Source: Spirochaetota bacterium
GTDB lineage: Bacteria; Spirochaetota; UBA4802; UBA5550
NCBI GenBank assembly: GCA_016933025.1
Contig: JAFGBT010000006.1
Coordinates: 155,078 to 219,077, forward strand
Direction: 5' to 3'
DNA: 64,000 nt
The position numbers were made by a program, and so were the translations under genes. Position 1 is the stretch's first letter; every line of letters begins with the position of its first letter. The notes below the pieces were generated by a model that worked only from the letters and a program-made list of their open reading frames with translations, did not search any database and was not told where the DNA came from. Below are positions 7,905 to 16,038 of the stretch, one piece after another.

Positions 7905-9305
7905 TCATCGTACTATCCGCGCGAATGCCGGCGTCCTGGAGACGATATCCGGCCTCGCTGACGGCCTCTTTTCTGAAAACATGTCGATCAGCCTCTTCAC
8001 GATAGATGCGTATTCGTCCTGCTCGTATATTCCCTGCCGCAAAAAAGCATTCATCGTATCCATCATTTCAAGTGCCCTGTCGACGGCCGGTACCGAACCC
8101 CGCGCGTACGCGCCCAGGCTGATCTCGTCCTCGTGCTCGGTGTAGGCCGCGAGGAGTTCGCGGAACTTGTTCGCCGCCTCCATGTGCTCAGGGGTAACGA
8201 CGTCTTTCATGCAGCGGGATATGGAGGCGAGCACATCGACCGCCGGGTAATGCCCCTTATGCGCCAGGCGGCGCTCCAGAACGATGTGCCCGTCAAGTAT
8301 GCTTCGGGCGTGATCGGCGATCGGCTCATTCATGTCGTCGGCCTCTACCAGGACCGCGTAAAATCCGGTGATGCTGCCGCCATCGGCGATGGTTCCCGCC
8401 CGCTCCATCAGCTTCGCCATGAGCGAAAAGGTTGATGGCGGATAACCGCGCATCGAGGATGGCTCGCCGGCGGCGATGCCCACCTCCCGCTGGGCCATGG
8501 CAAACCGGGTGATCGAGTCCATCAATAAATTCACGTGGAGTCCTTTATCGCGAAAAAACTCCGCGATTGCGTGGGCCAGGTAGGCCCCGCGTATCCGCAT
8601 CATGGCCGGCTGGTTGGACGTCGCCACGACTACGACCGTGTTCTTCAGGCCCTCCGGCCCCAGCTCCTTCTCGACGAAATCTTTAACCTCGCGGCCGCGC
8701 TCTCCGATGAGCGCCACCACATTCACGTCCGCGTCGGTAAACCGGGATATCATGGCTATGAGCGTAGATTTGCCGACGCCTGAACCGGAGAATATACCTA
8801 TACGCTGTCCCCGTCCCACCGTGTTGAGCCCGTCGATGGCCCTGATCCCGACCGAGAGGGGCCTGTCGATGACCACGCGCTCGAGCGGATTTATCGGCTC
8901 GCTGGTGACCGGATACCGCTCCTTCGTAAAGATGCTGCCCCGGCCGTCAAGCGGTTCGCCCACGCCGGAAATGACCCTGCCGAGGAGCTCCTCCCCAACC
9001 GGGACCATGAGCGCCGTACCGGCAGCGACGACGTCGGCGCCCGGGACGATCCCCTTCATGTCACCTATCGGCATGAGAACGACCCTGTTCTTGTTGAAGC
9101 CGACGACCTCGGCGTGGAGGTATCCGCCCCGGTCGAGCCGTATCTTGCAGAGCTCTCCGTATTCGACATCGGGACCGATCGACTCGATGGTGAGGCCCAC
9201 CACACGCTCGACCCGGCCGGTATACTTGATGGTCTCCAGCTCCTCAATGATACCCCTGTATTTCGAGAGGATATCGACCTTTTCATGTGGCAGGATTTTT
9301 ATCAT
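7905..9305 (-). CDS. fliI: flagellum-specific ATP synthase FliI
   Basis: Walker A GSGVGKST; T3SS ATPase conservation throughout; 466 aa. Confidence 0.95.
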   Translation of the reverse strand: MIKILPHEKVDILSKYRGIIEELETIKYTGRVERVVGLTIESIGPDVEYGELCKIRLDRGGYLHAEVVGFNKNRVVLMPIGDMKGIVPGADVVAAGTALMVPVGEELLGRVISGVGEPLDGRGSIFTKERYPVTSEPINPLERVVIDRPLSVGIRAIDGLNTVGRGQRIGIFSGSGVGKSTLIAMISRFTDADVNVVALIGERGREVKDFVEKELGPEGLKNTVVVVATSNQPAMMRIRGAYLAHAIAEFFRDKGLHVNLLMDSITRFAMAQREVGIAAGEPSSMRGYPPSTFSLMAKLMERAGTIADGGSITGFYAVLVEADDMNEPIADHARSILDGHIVLERRLAHKGHYPAVDVLASISRCMKDVVTPEHMEAANKFRELLAAYTEHEDEISLGAYARGSVPAVDRALEMMDTMNAFLRQGIYEQDEYASIVKRLIDMFSEKRPSARPDIVSRTPAFARIVR

Positions 9306-9335
9306 ACGTTATGTCTCATTGACATCCATTTTTTT

Positions 9336-9385
9336 GGCGCCCTCTGTTAGGGGCGGGTTTAAACCCGCCCCTAACAGAGGGCGCC
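9336..9385. repeat. 50-bp perfect palindrome in the fliH-fliI spacer (GGCGCCCTCTGTTAGGGGCGGG TTTAAA CCCGCCCCTAACAGAGGGCGCC)
   Basis: Read directly; 22-bp arms with a TTTAAA centre; lies 7 nt after the fliH stop and 30 nt before the fliI ATG. Confidence 0.7.
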
Positions 9386-9392
9386 GTATCGA

Positions 9393-10280
9393 TTATATCG
9401 TCGTCGTGCTCCTGATCGCCTCTTCTATGGCGTCAAGCTGCGTTGATATCTTCGCGTCGATGGCGCCGACGTCGGTCTCGATAATGCAGCCTCCCCGCTC
9501 GACCCGGGAGTCCTCGTAGATGTTGACCTTCTTCAGCGATTCCATCATCTTTATCAGCTCGTCCTTGTGCGCGGTGGTCATGTCGAGGTCAGCGAAGTTC
9601 ACGCGGATGTCGATCCGGTCGCGGTCTTTGACGCGCTTGATCGCCTCTTTGATGTTGTTGATGACAACCTCGCGGCGCTCCACGATCTCGTCCTTGATGA
9701 CCTTGCGCGCGATCATAAGGATCATCTCGGTCATCAGCTTCTCCGACGACTTGATGATGTCGTCGCGGATGTCCACGGCCGTGGAGACGATGGTGCCGAG
9801 CCGGTCGATGAGCCGCATGACCTCGGCCTGCCCTTCCTTGTATCCCTCTTCCCGACCGGCGTCGTAGCCCTTCTTGTACGCCTCGTGCTCGATCTCGGAG
9901 ACCTTGAGCTCGGCCTCCTTGATCATCTTCTCGGCCTCGAACTTGCCACGCTCAATCTCCCGCTCCGACTCGACCTTCAGGCGCTCGATCTCCTGGGTAA
10001 TCTGCTCCTTGGAGGTCTGGAGCTCGCGGAAAGCGGCCTGCCGCCCCTCCTCTTCTATCTGCTTGGCCTGCGTGCGGGCCTGCTCGAGCATGTCCTTGAC
10101 TTCTTCTTCTGTCTCGCGCCGGTACCTCTCGAGCTCCGCCTCCATCTCCTCGATGGACGGCCCCTGGTAGACGTCGATAGGATTCCCCTCGTCGTCGACC
10201 TCGAATTCCTTGAATTCCTCGCTTTCTATGAGGTTCTTCTGATATTTTGCCGGAAGCTCGATCTGCTTCGGGATGTTCAT
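9393..10280 (-). CDS. fliH: flagellar assembly protein FliH
   Basis: Charged coiled-coil N-half; FliH/YscL-like C-terminal domain (IRVNFADLDM...GGCIIETDVGAIDAKI). Start placed at the internal ATG 10278-10280, because the 10370 start would overlap fliG by 59 nt; weak RBS. Confidence 0.75.
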   Translation of the reverse strand: MNIPKQIELPAKYQKNLIESEEFKEFEVDDEGNPIDVYQGPSIEEMEAELERYRRETEEEVKDMLEQARTQAKQIEEEGRQAAFRELQTSKEQITQEIERLKVESEREIERGKFEAEKMIKEAELKVSEIEHEAYKKGYDAGREEGYKEGQAEVMRLIDRLGTIVSTAVDIRDDIIKSSEKLMTEMILMIARKVIKDEIVERREVVINNIKEAIKRVKDRDRIDIRVNFADLDMTTAHKDELIKMMESLKKVNIYEDSRVERGGCIIETDVGAIDAKISTQLDAIEEAIRSTTTI

Positions 10281-10311
10281 CTGGCGAATCTCGCCCGGTT
10301 TAAAAACTAAC

Positions 10312-11328
10312 CTAGACAACCAGTTCCTCCTCGCCGGCCCGTGCCACGATAATGTCGCCGGATTCCTCAAGTTTTCTAATTATGTTAACGATTTTCTGCT
10401 GCGATTCCTCAACGTCCCTCAGGCGGATTGGGCCCATGAAGTCCATGTCCTCGCGGAGGAGCGCGGAGGCGCGCTTCGACATGTTCCGGTAGATCTTTTC
10501 CTGCACTTCGGCGTCCACGCCTTTGAGAGCCTTGGCAAGATCCTGCGTGTCGACCTCGCGGAGGACCTTCTGTATCGAACGGTCGTCAAGCAGCACGATG
10601 TCCTCGAACACGAACATCCGCTTCTTGATCTCCTCCGCCAGCTCGGGATCCTCCTCTTCCAGCGCCTCTATGATGATCTTCTCGGTTCCGCGGTCGACGT
10701 TGTTCAGCACCTCTACGATGGCGTCGATGCCGCCGGCGGATGTAAAGTCCTCGCTCGCCAGTGTGGAGAGCTTGCGCTCGAGCACGCGTTCGACCTCGCG
10801 GAGCACGTCAGGCGAGGTCCGGTCCATCTGGGCGATCCGCTTGGCCACGTCCGCCTGTATCTGGTGCGGAAGGCCTGAAAGGATGAGCGCCGATTTCTGC
10901 GGGTCCAGATAGGCAAGTATCAGCGCAATGGTCTGCGGGTGCTCGCCCTGTATGAAGTTCAGAAGATGGCTCGGGTCGGTACGGCGTATGAAGTCAAAGG
11001 GCCTCACCTGCAGCGACGAGGTGAGACGGTTCACGATGTCAATGGCCTTCTGGGTGCCGAGGGCGCGCTCGAGTACGTCGCGGGCATAATCGATGCCGCC
11101 GTTCTGGATGAATTCCTGGGCCATCATCATCTCCTGGAACTCCTGTAAAACCTTGTCGCGGTCTTCCGGCTCGATCCGGTCCAGGCGGGCGATTTCGAAG
11201 GTCAGCTGCTCGATTTCATCTTCCCGGAGGTGCTTGAAAATCTCGGATGAGACCTCCGAACCGAGGGAAACGAGGAAAATGGCCGCTTTCTGGCGCCCCG
11301 ATAATTGCGATTTTTTCGATTGAAGCAT
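10312..11328 (-). CDS. fliG: flagellar motor switch protein FliG
   Basis: 338 aa; N-terminal SGRQKAAIFLVSLGSEVSSEIFKHL; FliG middle and C-terminal domains. Confidence 0.9.
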   Translation of the reverse strand: MLQSKKSQLSGRQKAAIFLVSLGSEVSSEIFKHLREDEIEQLTFEIARLDRIEPEDRDKVLQEFQEMMMAQEFIQNGGIDYARDVLERALGTQKAIDIVNRLTSSLQVRPFDFIRRTDPSHLLNFIQGEHPQTIALILAYLDPQKSALILSGLPHQIQADVAKRIAQMDRTSPDVLREVERVLERKLSTLASEDFTSAGGIDAIVEVLNNVDRGTEKIIIEALEEEDPELAEEIKKRMFVFEDIVLLDDRSIQKVLREVDTQDLAKALKGVDAEVQEKIYRNMSKRASALLREDMDFMGPIRLRDVEESQQKIVNIIRKLEESGDIIVARAGEEELVV

Positions 11329-11417
11329 CAGTTATTCCATCCTAAAGCCAGGTGGATATCATACACTATATTATCGGCCTCACCCTCAAATTAACATTAT
11401 TAATATATCAAAGTCAA

Positions 11418-11480
11418 ACCAAAAATAGCCCCCCTCCGGCCTGCGGCCACCTCCCCCCATTAATGGGGGGAGGACGGGAA
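11418..11480. repeat. G/C-tract hairpin element in the fliF-fliG spacer (CCTCCCCCC ATTAAT GGGGGGAGG palindrome plus an AGCCCCCCTCCGG module)
   Basis: Read directly; related to the modular repeat family. Confidence 0.5.
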
Positions 11481-11485
11481 GGGGG

Positions 11486-13186
11486 TTACTCCTCCGCCAG
11501 CCAGGTCCTGAGAAGCTGGGCCACGTCGTCCGGCCGCTCCCGTGCCAGGTTGATGGCATTCTCCTGAAGCTCCAGCCGGGCCCGTTCCTCCAGGGAGAGC
11601 TCAACATCGATTCCCTCCTCCTCGGCCGCACGCAGTGCGGCTTCCCGCATCTTCTGCTGCTCGAGGGCAAGGGCCTCTTCCTTCGCCCTCCTGCGCCGCT
11701 CCAACTCCTTCGAGATGGTCCGGAACAGAATGAAGCCGAGGAACAGTACGATCACCCCTATAAGCGCCGCGAGGAGTATCTTCTTGATCTGCTCCTTCTT
11801 TCTGAACTCGTTCCGTATCGACTCCCAGTACTTGCTCCGGTCGAACATGATGTTCTCGACAGCAACCTGGTCTCCCCTGGCGTCGCTGTAATTGATCGAT
11901 TTTTTCACCACATTTTCGGCCTTCTTCAGCTCCTCACCCGTAAGAGCAACCTGAACCGGCTCTTTCATCGGGTCGAGATCGTAGTCGCCGTTCGGAAGCT
12001 TCGGGAGGCTCTGTTGGCCGTCAATGGCGATAGCCACCGAGACTCTCGATATGTTGTAGGGATCGCGCTCTATCTTGCGCATGGTCTTGTTGACCGCGTG
12101 ATTTTTGATCTGCTCGTTCTTGCTGTAATTGGCGTACTGATCGTCGCTCGCCTTGTATCCCGGGGGCGTGTTTCCCTCGGTGCCGGCCGGTCCCTCCGGG
12201 TTCCAGCCGTGGCCCTTGAATTTCTCATCCGTCGTTTTTTCGGAAATCACCAGCGAGTCCTTGATCTGCCTGGTCGAGTACGGCTTGGTCGGATCCTGCT
12301 TCTCCAGCTCTATGGGGGTATACTCCTCCTGCTCCTCCAAGACCTTGTCCCAGTTGAATTCCATGTTCAGGCGTAAAATCTGTATCCGATCCGCCGAATA
12401 GATGCGCTCGAGGCCCGATCGGATATCTTTCAGCATCCGGACCCGCGCGCGTTCCTCCAGTTTGTGTCGGTATTCCAGAATTGTGTACTCGGTCTTGGCC
12501 CTGTCGAGCTCGTCGTCGAAATCAGAAATGATATTTCCGTAAGAGTCAGTCACGGTCACGTTCTCAGGCTTAAGCCTGTTGCCGACCCCGCGGGACACGA
12601 GGTATATTATACCCTTGATCTCCTTTTTCGAAAGCTTTTCGTACCCCGACTTCAGGTGGACGGTGACGGCGGCAGTGTACGGGGTTTGGTTATCGGTATA
12701 AATGCTCTCCTCCGTCATGGCAATGTCGACGTCCGCTTTCTCTATGTTTTCAAGCGACTGGATATGACGCTTTATCTCGTCGCGAAGGGCCCGCATGAAC
12801 TTTACGTCGAGCTCGCGCTCGGTCTCGGTCCACTTCGTCATGTCGAAGAGCTTCCAGCCCGGGATCCCTTTCGGTATCATCTTTTCCTGAGCCAGCTTTG
12901 TCATGATAAGATCCCGCTGTGCCGGACGCACCATGATGCTCGTCTGGCCGGCGGTCTGATAGCCGTATCCCATCTCATCGAGCTTCTTGGTGACCTGGCC
13001 GAAATCATCCGCTGATAGTTCCGTGAACAGGACGACATTGGGCTGGCCCGTGGATACGGTAAATAGGACGGCGAAGGCGGCCACAACAACGATGACAACG
13101 ACGCCGATGATGATTTTTTTCGTTCGGTCAAGCTTCCCGAAGAGTTCCTTCATCTGGGCAACTATCTTTTTGAAGAAGTCCTGCAT
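11486..13186 (-). CDS. fliF: flagellar M-ring protein FliF
   Basis: 566 aa; N-terminal TM segment; YscJ/FliF domain; C-terminal TM and charged tail; GGGAGG RBS. Confidence 0.9.
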   Translation of the reverse strand: MQDFFKKIVAQMKELFGKLDRTKKIIIGVVVIVVVAAFAVLFTVSTGQPNVVLFTELSADDFGQVTKKLDEMGYGYQTAGQTSIMVRPAQRDLIMTKLAQEKMIPKGIPGWKLFDMTKWTETERELDVKFMRALRDEIKRHIQSLENIEKADVDIAMTEESIYTDNQTPYTAAVTVHLKSGYEKLSKKEIKGIIYLVSRGVGNRLKPENVTVTDSYGNIISDFDDELDRAKTEYTILEYRHKLEERARVRMLKDIRSGLERIYSADRIQILRLNMEFNWDKVLEEQEEYTPIELEKQDPTKPYSTRQIKDSLVISEKTTDEKFKGHGWNPEGPAGTEGNTPPGYKASDDQYANYSKNEQIKNHAVNKTMRKIERDPYNISRVSVAIAIDGQQSLPKLPNGDYDLDPMKEPVQVALTGEELKKAENVVKKSINYSDARGDQVAVENIMFDRSKYWESIRNEFRKKEQIKKILLAALIGVIVLFLGFILFRTISKELERRRRAKEEALALEQQKMREAALRAAEEEGIDVELSLEERARLELQENAINLARERPDDVAQLLRTWLAEE

Positions 13187-13348
13187 ATAGTCCTCCCGAG
13201 CCCGCCCTGAACAGGGCCCCTGCCAAAATAAATCTCACCAGAAGCAAAGACAATGCGACATAATACAGCTTATCAGGACAAAAAAAAATGTCAATTAATT
13301 TTTCTAAAAATAATAATAAAAATATACATGAAAATTAATTGGATAACA

Positions 13349-13392
13349 GGCGGGCTGTAGGCGAGGTCACGTGACCTCGCCTACAGCCCGCC
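13349..13392 (-). terminator. 44-bp perfect palindrome (GGCGGGCTGTAGGCGAGGTCAC GTGACCTCGCCTACAGCCCGCC) followed on the minus strand by a U-rich tract; candidate fliE terminator; member of the GAGGTCACRTGACCTC palindrome family
   Basis: 8 nt downstream of the fliE stop; an AT-rich tract follows in the minus direction. Confidence 0.55.
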
Positions 13393-13399
13393 TCGCCTA

Positions 13400-13732
13400 T
13401 TATCTAAGGTTTAACAGCTCCCTATAGGACCTGACCGCCTCGTCCCGCACCGCCCTGGTGAAGCTCAGGGCAACCTCTGCCTTCTGCATGGCGATCATTA
13501 CGCTATGGATATCAACCGATTCTGGCTGGAAGATCATTTTCTGCGAAAGGTCCTCGGAATCGGTCTGGAGATCGTTCACCTTTCCCAGCGCCTTCATCAG
13601 TGAATCCGCGAACGAGGTTGAAACATCGTCATACTGCGGCTGGTTTTTCACCCTGTTGTCGTAATGAAGCGGGTGCGTGGTCCTCATGTTCACCACGTGG
13701 CCCGCAGGATCGTTGTTAATGACAAGCATCAT
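13400..13732 (-). CDS. fliE: flagellar hook-basal body complex protein FliE
   Basis: C-terminal VDIHSVMIAMQKAEVALSFTRAVRDEAVRSYRELLNL; start at internal MM with AGAGAGGAG RBS (the ORF track extends to 13804). Confidence 0.8.
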   Translation of the reverse strand: MMLVINNDPAGHVVNMRTTHPLHYDNRVKNQPQYDDVSTSFADSLMKALGKVNDLQTDSEDLSQKMIFQPESVDIHSVMIAMQKAEVALSFTRAVRDEAVRSYRELLNLR

Positions 13733-13901
13733 TGTACTCCTCTCTTGTTTTCGCACCGCATCTCGATCCTGCCCGTCGAGTACAGGTCGCTGACGTGGTC
13801 CCATATCCGATCGTCCCGCTTTACCCTGAAGCGTTTCGAGAGATGGTGAGAGACGTGAATCTCATTGTTAAACGTTGTTTCCCGGTACATGGCCTACCTC
13901 C

Positions 13902-14366
13902 TTATACCCCGCCCCTTCCGATTTCGAGGGCGCGGTTGAACATGGCCTTTTCGTTATTTATCATCTGCACATTGGCCTCATAAGAACGGGAGGCCGATAT
14001 TAGGTCAGTCATCTCAACGACGATATTGATATTGGGCATCTCGACGTACCCGGTTTTCGGGCCCACCTTGATCGCGTCCGGATGGGTCGGGTCGTACGTG
14101 AGCCTGAAGGGCGACTGGTCGTCCTCGATCTTCACGACCCGCACCCCCCTGCCGATACCGTGCCCGATGCGATCGGGGACCAGGGGCGACTTGTAGTTCG
14201 GCCGTATGTTCACGGGAGCGAAAATGGCGCGCTTGCGCCGGTACGGCCCGCCGTCCGGCGTCCTGGTGGTATTGGCGTTGGCGATGTTGTTGCTGATCAG
14301 GTCCATCCTCAGCCGCTGGGCCGTGAGGCCGGTCGCCGATATATTAAAGCTGTCAAACATTCCCAT
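13902..14366 (-). CDS. flgC: flagellar basal-body rod protein FlgC
   Basis: N-terminal FDSFNISATGLTAQRLRMDLISNNIANANTT; C-terminal SRSYEANVQMIN. Confidence 0.9.
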   Translation of the reverse strand: MGMFDSFNISATGLTAQRLRMDLISNNIANANTTRTPDGGPYRRKRAIFAPVNIRPNYKSPLVPDRIGHGIGRGVRVVKIEDDQSPFRLTYDPTHPDAIKVGPKTGYVEMPNINIVVEMTDLISASRSYEANVQMINNEKAMFNRALEIGRGGV

Positions 14367-14422
14367 ATCTTATTTCCTCTCTCCTAATCGCATCATTCTA
14401 ATCTCGACCCGCGGCCCATTGA

Positions 14423-14851
14423 TTATACCGTCCTCATGGCCAGTTTAAGCATCCTGAAATTATGATTCAGGTTGTTGGTGAAGGCATTGTAGCGCATAAG
14501 GTTCTTCGCCGCATCCACCATCTCCTTTTCAACGTCCACGTTGTTGCCGTCGTTTCGGGACGTCGTGTTGTAATCGAGGTTTATGCGGGGCCGCACGGCC
14601 ATGATATCGCGGGGAATGAAGAAGGGGATATGCCGCTCGTCGGTCATAAGCGCCGGCAGCCTGTTTTCCTTCTCCTTCCGGTCCATGATGGCGCGCTTCA
14701 GCTCGCTTTCGAAATTGACCTCGCTCCGCTTGAAGTGCGGGACGTCGACGTTGGAGATATTGTTCGATATCACCTTCCTCCTGAGCGACTCGACATCGAG
14801 CCCCCGTTCCAGGAGGTAGTTGGTCATCATCAATTTGCTGTTCTCGAACAT
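14423..14851 (-). CDS. flgB: flagellar basal-body rod protein FlgB
   Basis: FlgB N-terminus (LERGLDVESLRRKVISNNISNVDVPHFKR) and C-terminal NLMRYNAFTNNLN. Confidence 0.9.
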   Translation of the reverse strand: MFENSKLMMTNYLLERGLDVESLRRKVISNNISNVDVPHFKRSEVNFESELKRAIMDRKEKENRLPALMTDERHIPFFIPRDIMAVRPRINLDYNTTSRNDGNNVDVEKEMVDAAKNLMRYNAFTNNLNHNFRMLKLAMRTV

Positions 14852-14890
14852 CTCTCCATCCTTTCGCTACGGATTTTCTGCCTATTATTC

Positions 14891-14918
14891 AGATCGGCCA
14901 ATTCTGAAATACTTTAAG
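14891..14918 (-). promoter_or_regulatory. possible sigma-28-like promoter upstream of flgB (TAAAGTAT-N10/11-GCCGATCT on the minus strand)
   Basis: Match to TAAAGTTT-N11-GCCGATAA, about 50 nt upstream of the flgB ATG; weak and unverified. Confidence 0.25.
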
Positions 14919-14988
14919 CTTTTTTTAGCAGGGGACATAATTTTTTTGTGAAAATCGGCTCTGTGATTGATTAGGACCCTGTCCGCAT

Positions 14989-15032
14989 GCGCCCCGGGAG
15001 GCGGGGTCTTGTGACCCCGCCTCCCGGGGCGC
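14989..15032 (+). terminator. 44-bp perfect palindrome (GCGCCCCGGGAGGCGGGGTC TTGT GACCCCGCCTCCCGGGGCGC) followed by TCATCTTTTTTAT on the + strand
   Basis: Read directly; terminator-like geometry on the + strand although the nearest upstream + strand gene is about 9 kb away. Confidence 0.5.
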
Positions 15033-15217
15033 TCATCTTTTTTATACACTACCCCCTCCCGGCAGAAAAATTTTGTCATTAAATGCTACATTCCGACACT
15101 ACCTCTTTAGGTGCCCCGATTGATGATAATCCGGCGCGTGCGCACAATTTTCGTACAGCGCCCGAAAAGGGGTATCACGTTCAATTCATATTACATCTAT
15201 CGCGCGAAGGGAGGTTT

Positions 15218-15934
15218 ATGGTGAAAAATTTTCTATCAGCATGCATTGCTTTACTGTCCATTGTACTACTGTCTGCATCGGCCATGGCGATCGGGATTGG
15301 AGGGTATTTCGATATCGGCGCCGGGAGCACAACATGGAGCGGAGACCTCAGCGGAGGAACAACCGACCTGGTTCCCACCGGCGGACTGATCCTCGACACC
15401 GCCGCGGCCAAAAACAAGATATTCAATTACCGCCTTAAATTCGGGGGCGGCAAGATGCTGAGCGGCGACCTTAAACTCGACAAGGTCGGCATGGTACATA
15501 CCTTCGGCCTTTCCCCGTCCAACATGCGAGGCGACGAGGCCAGGTTCTTTTTCGGACCACGTATCGGCCTCCACTATGTCGGCGGGAAATACATGTCATT
15601 GGATGCGCCGGACCCGCTCATGTTCCTGTTCCTGGGACCGTACGCGTGGCTCTTGTCCGGAGACAAAATGGTCCATTTCGACATGTTCCGTTTCGATCTC
15701 GGGCTTGTCCTTCTCGGTTTCAATTTCAACCTCGGGGAGCACGCGACGCTCACCTTTGAGTTCGGTTTCGATTACGGCATTATGCTTGGCGGCGACGAGG
15801 CCTCAATCACGGCAAACGGAATAGAGGGATTCGCCACCCTGGGATTCATGTATCGCATCAACGACCGCTTCGGCGCGGTACAGAAGAACATCGAACGTCC
15901 GGATGAAAATAAAATGAGCATCAACGTTGATTAG
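15218..15934 (+). CDS. putative outer-membrane beta-barrel protein (signal peptide, Gly/aromatic-rich)
   Basis: Signal peptide MVKNFLSACIALLSIVLLSASAMA; alternating amphipathic beta-strand pattern; GGGAGG RBS. The ORF-track start at 15083 was trimmed. Confidence 0.55.
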   Translation: MVKNFLSACIALLSIVLLSASAMAIGIGGYFDIGAGSTTWSGDLSGGTTDLVPTGGLILDTAAAKNKIFNYRLKFGGGKMLSGDLKLDKVGMVHTFGLSPSNMRGDEARFFFGPRIGLHYVGGKYMSLDAPDPLMFLFLGPYAWLLSGDKMVHFDMFRFDLGLVLLGFNFNLGEHATLTFEFGFDYGIMLGGDEASITANGIEGFATLGFMYRINDRFGAVQKNIERPDENKMSINVD

Positions 15935-15961
15935 TGCCCAGGCGCAAGCATTTCTGAACGA

Positions 15962-15997
15962 GGGATCGCTCAAACCTATGCGAGGTCACGTGACGTC
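15962..15997. repeat. imperfect palindrome AAACCTATGCGAGGTCAC GTGACGTCGTATGGGTTT between convergent genes; GAGGTCACGTGAC core family
   Basis: 15 of 18 arm positions pair; shares its core with the 13349 and 18124 palindromes. Confidence 0.45.
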
Positions 15998-16038
15998 GTA
16001 TGGGTTTGCGCGACCCCACCCTCGCACCCGAATCCATT

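Noticed and set aside
8602-10310. + strand ORFs 8602-9519 and 9567-10310
   Set aside because: Antisense to fliI and fliH; Ser/Arg/Leu-rich compositional artefacts.
9393-10370. fliH start at 10370 as given by the ORF track
   Set aside because: It would overlap fliG by 59 nt with no RBS. The internal ATG at 10278-10280 gives a FliH of typical length.
13187-13350. Sigma-54 promoter upstream of fliF (TGGCAG...)
   Set aside because: Only a partial match to TGGCAC-N5-TTGC, with an incorrect -12 element.
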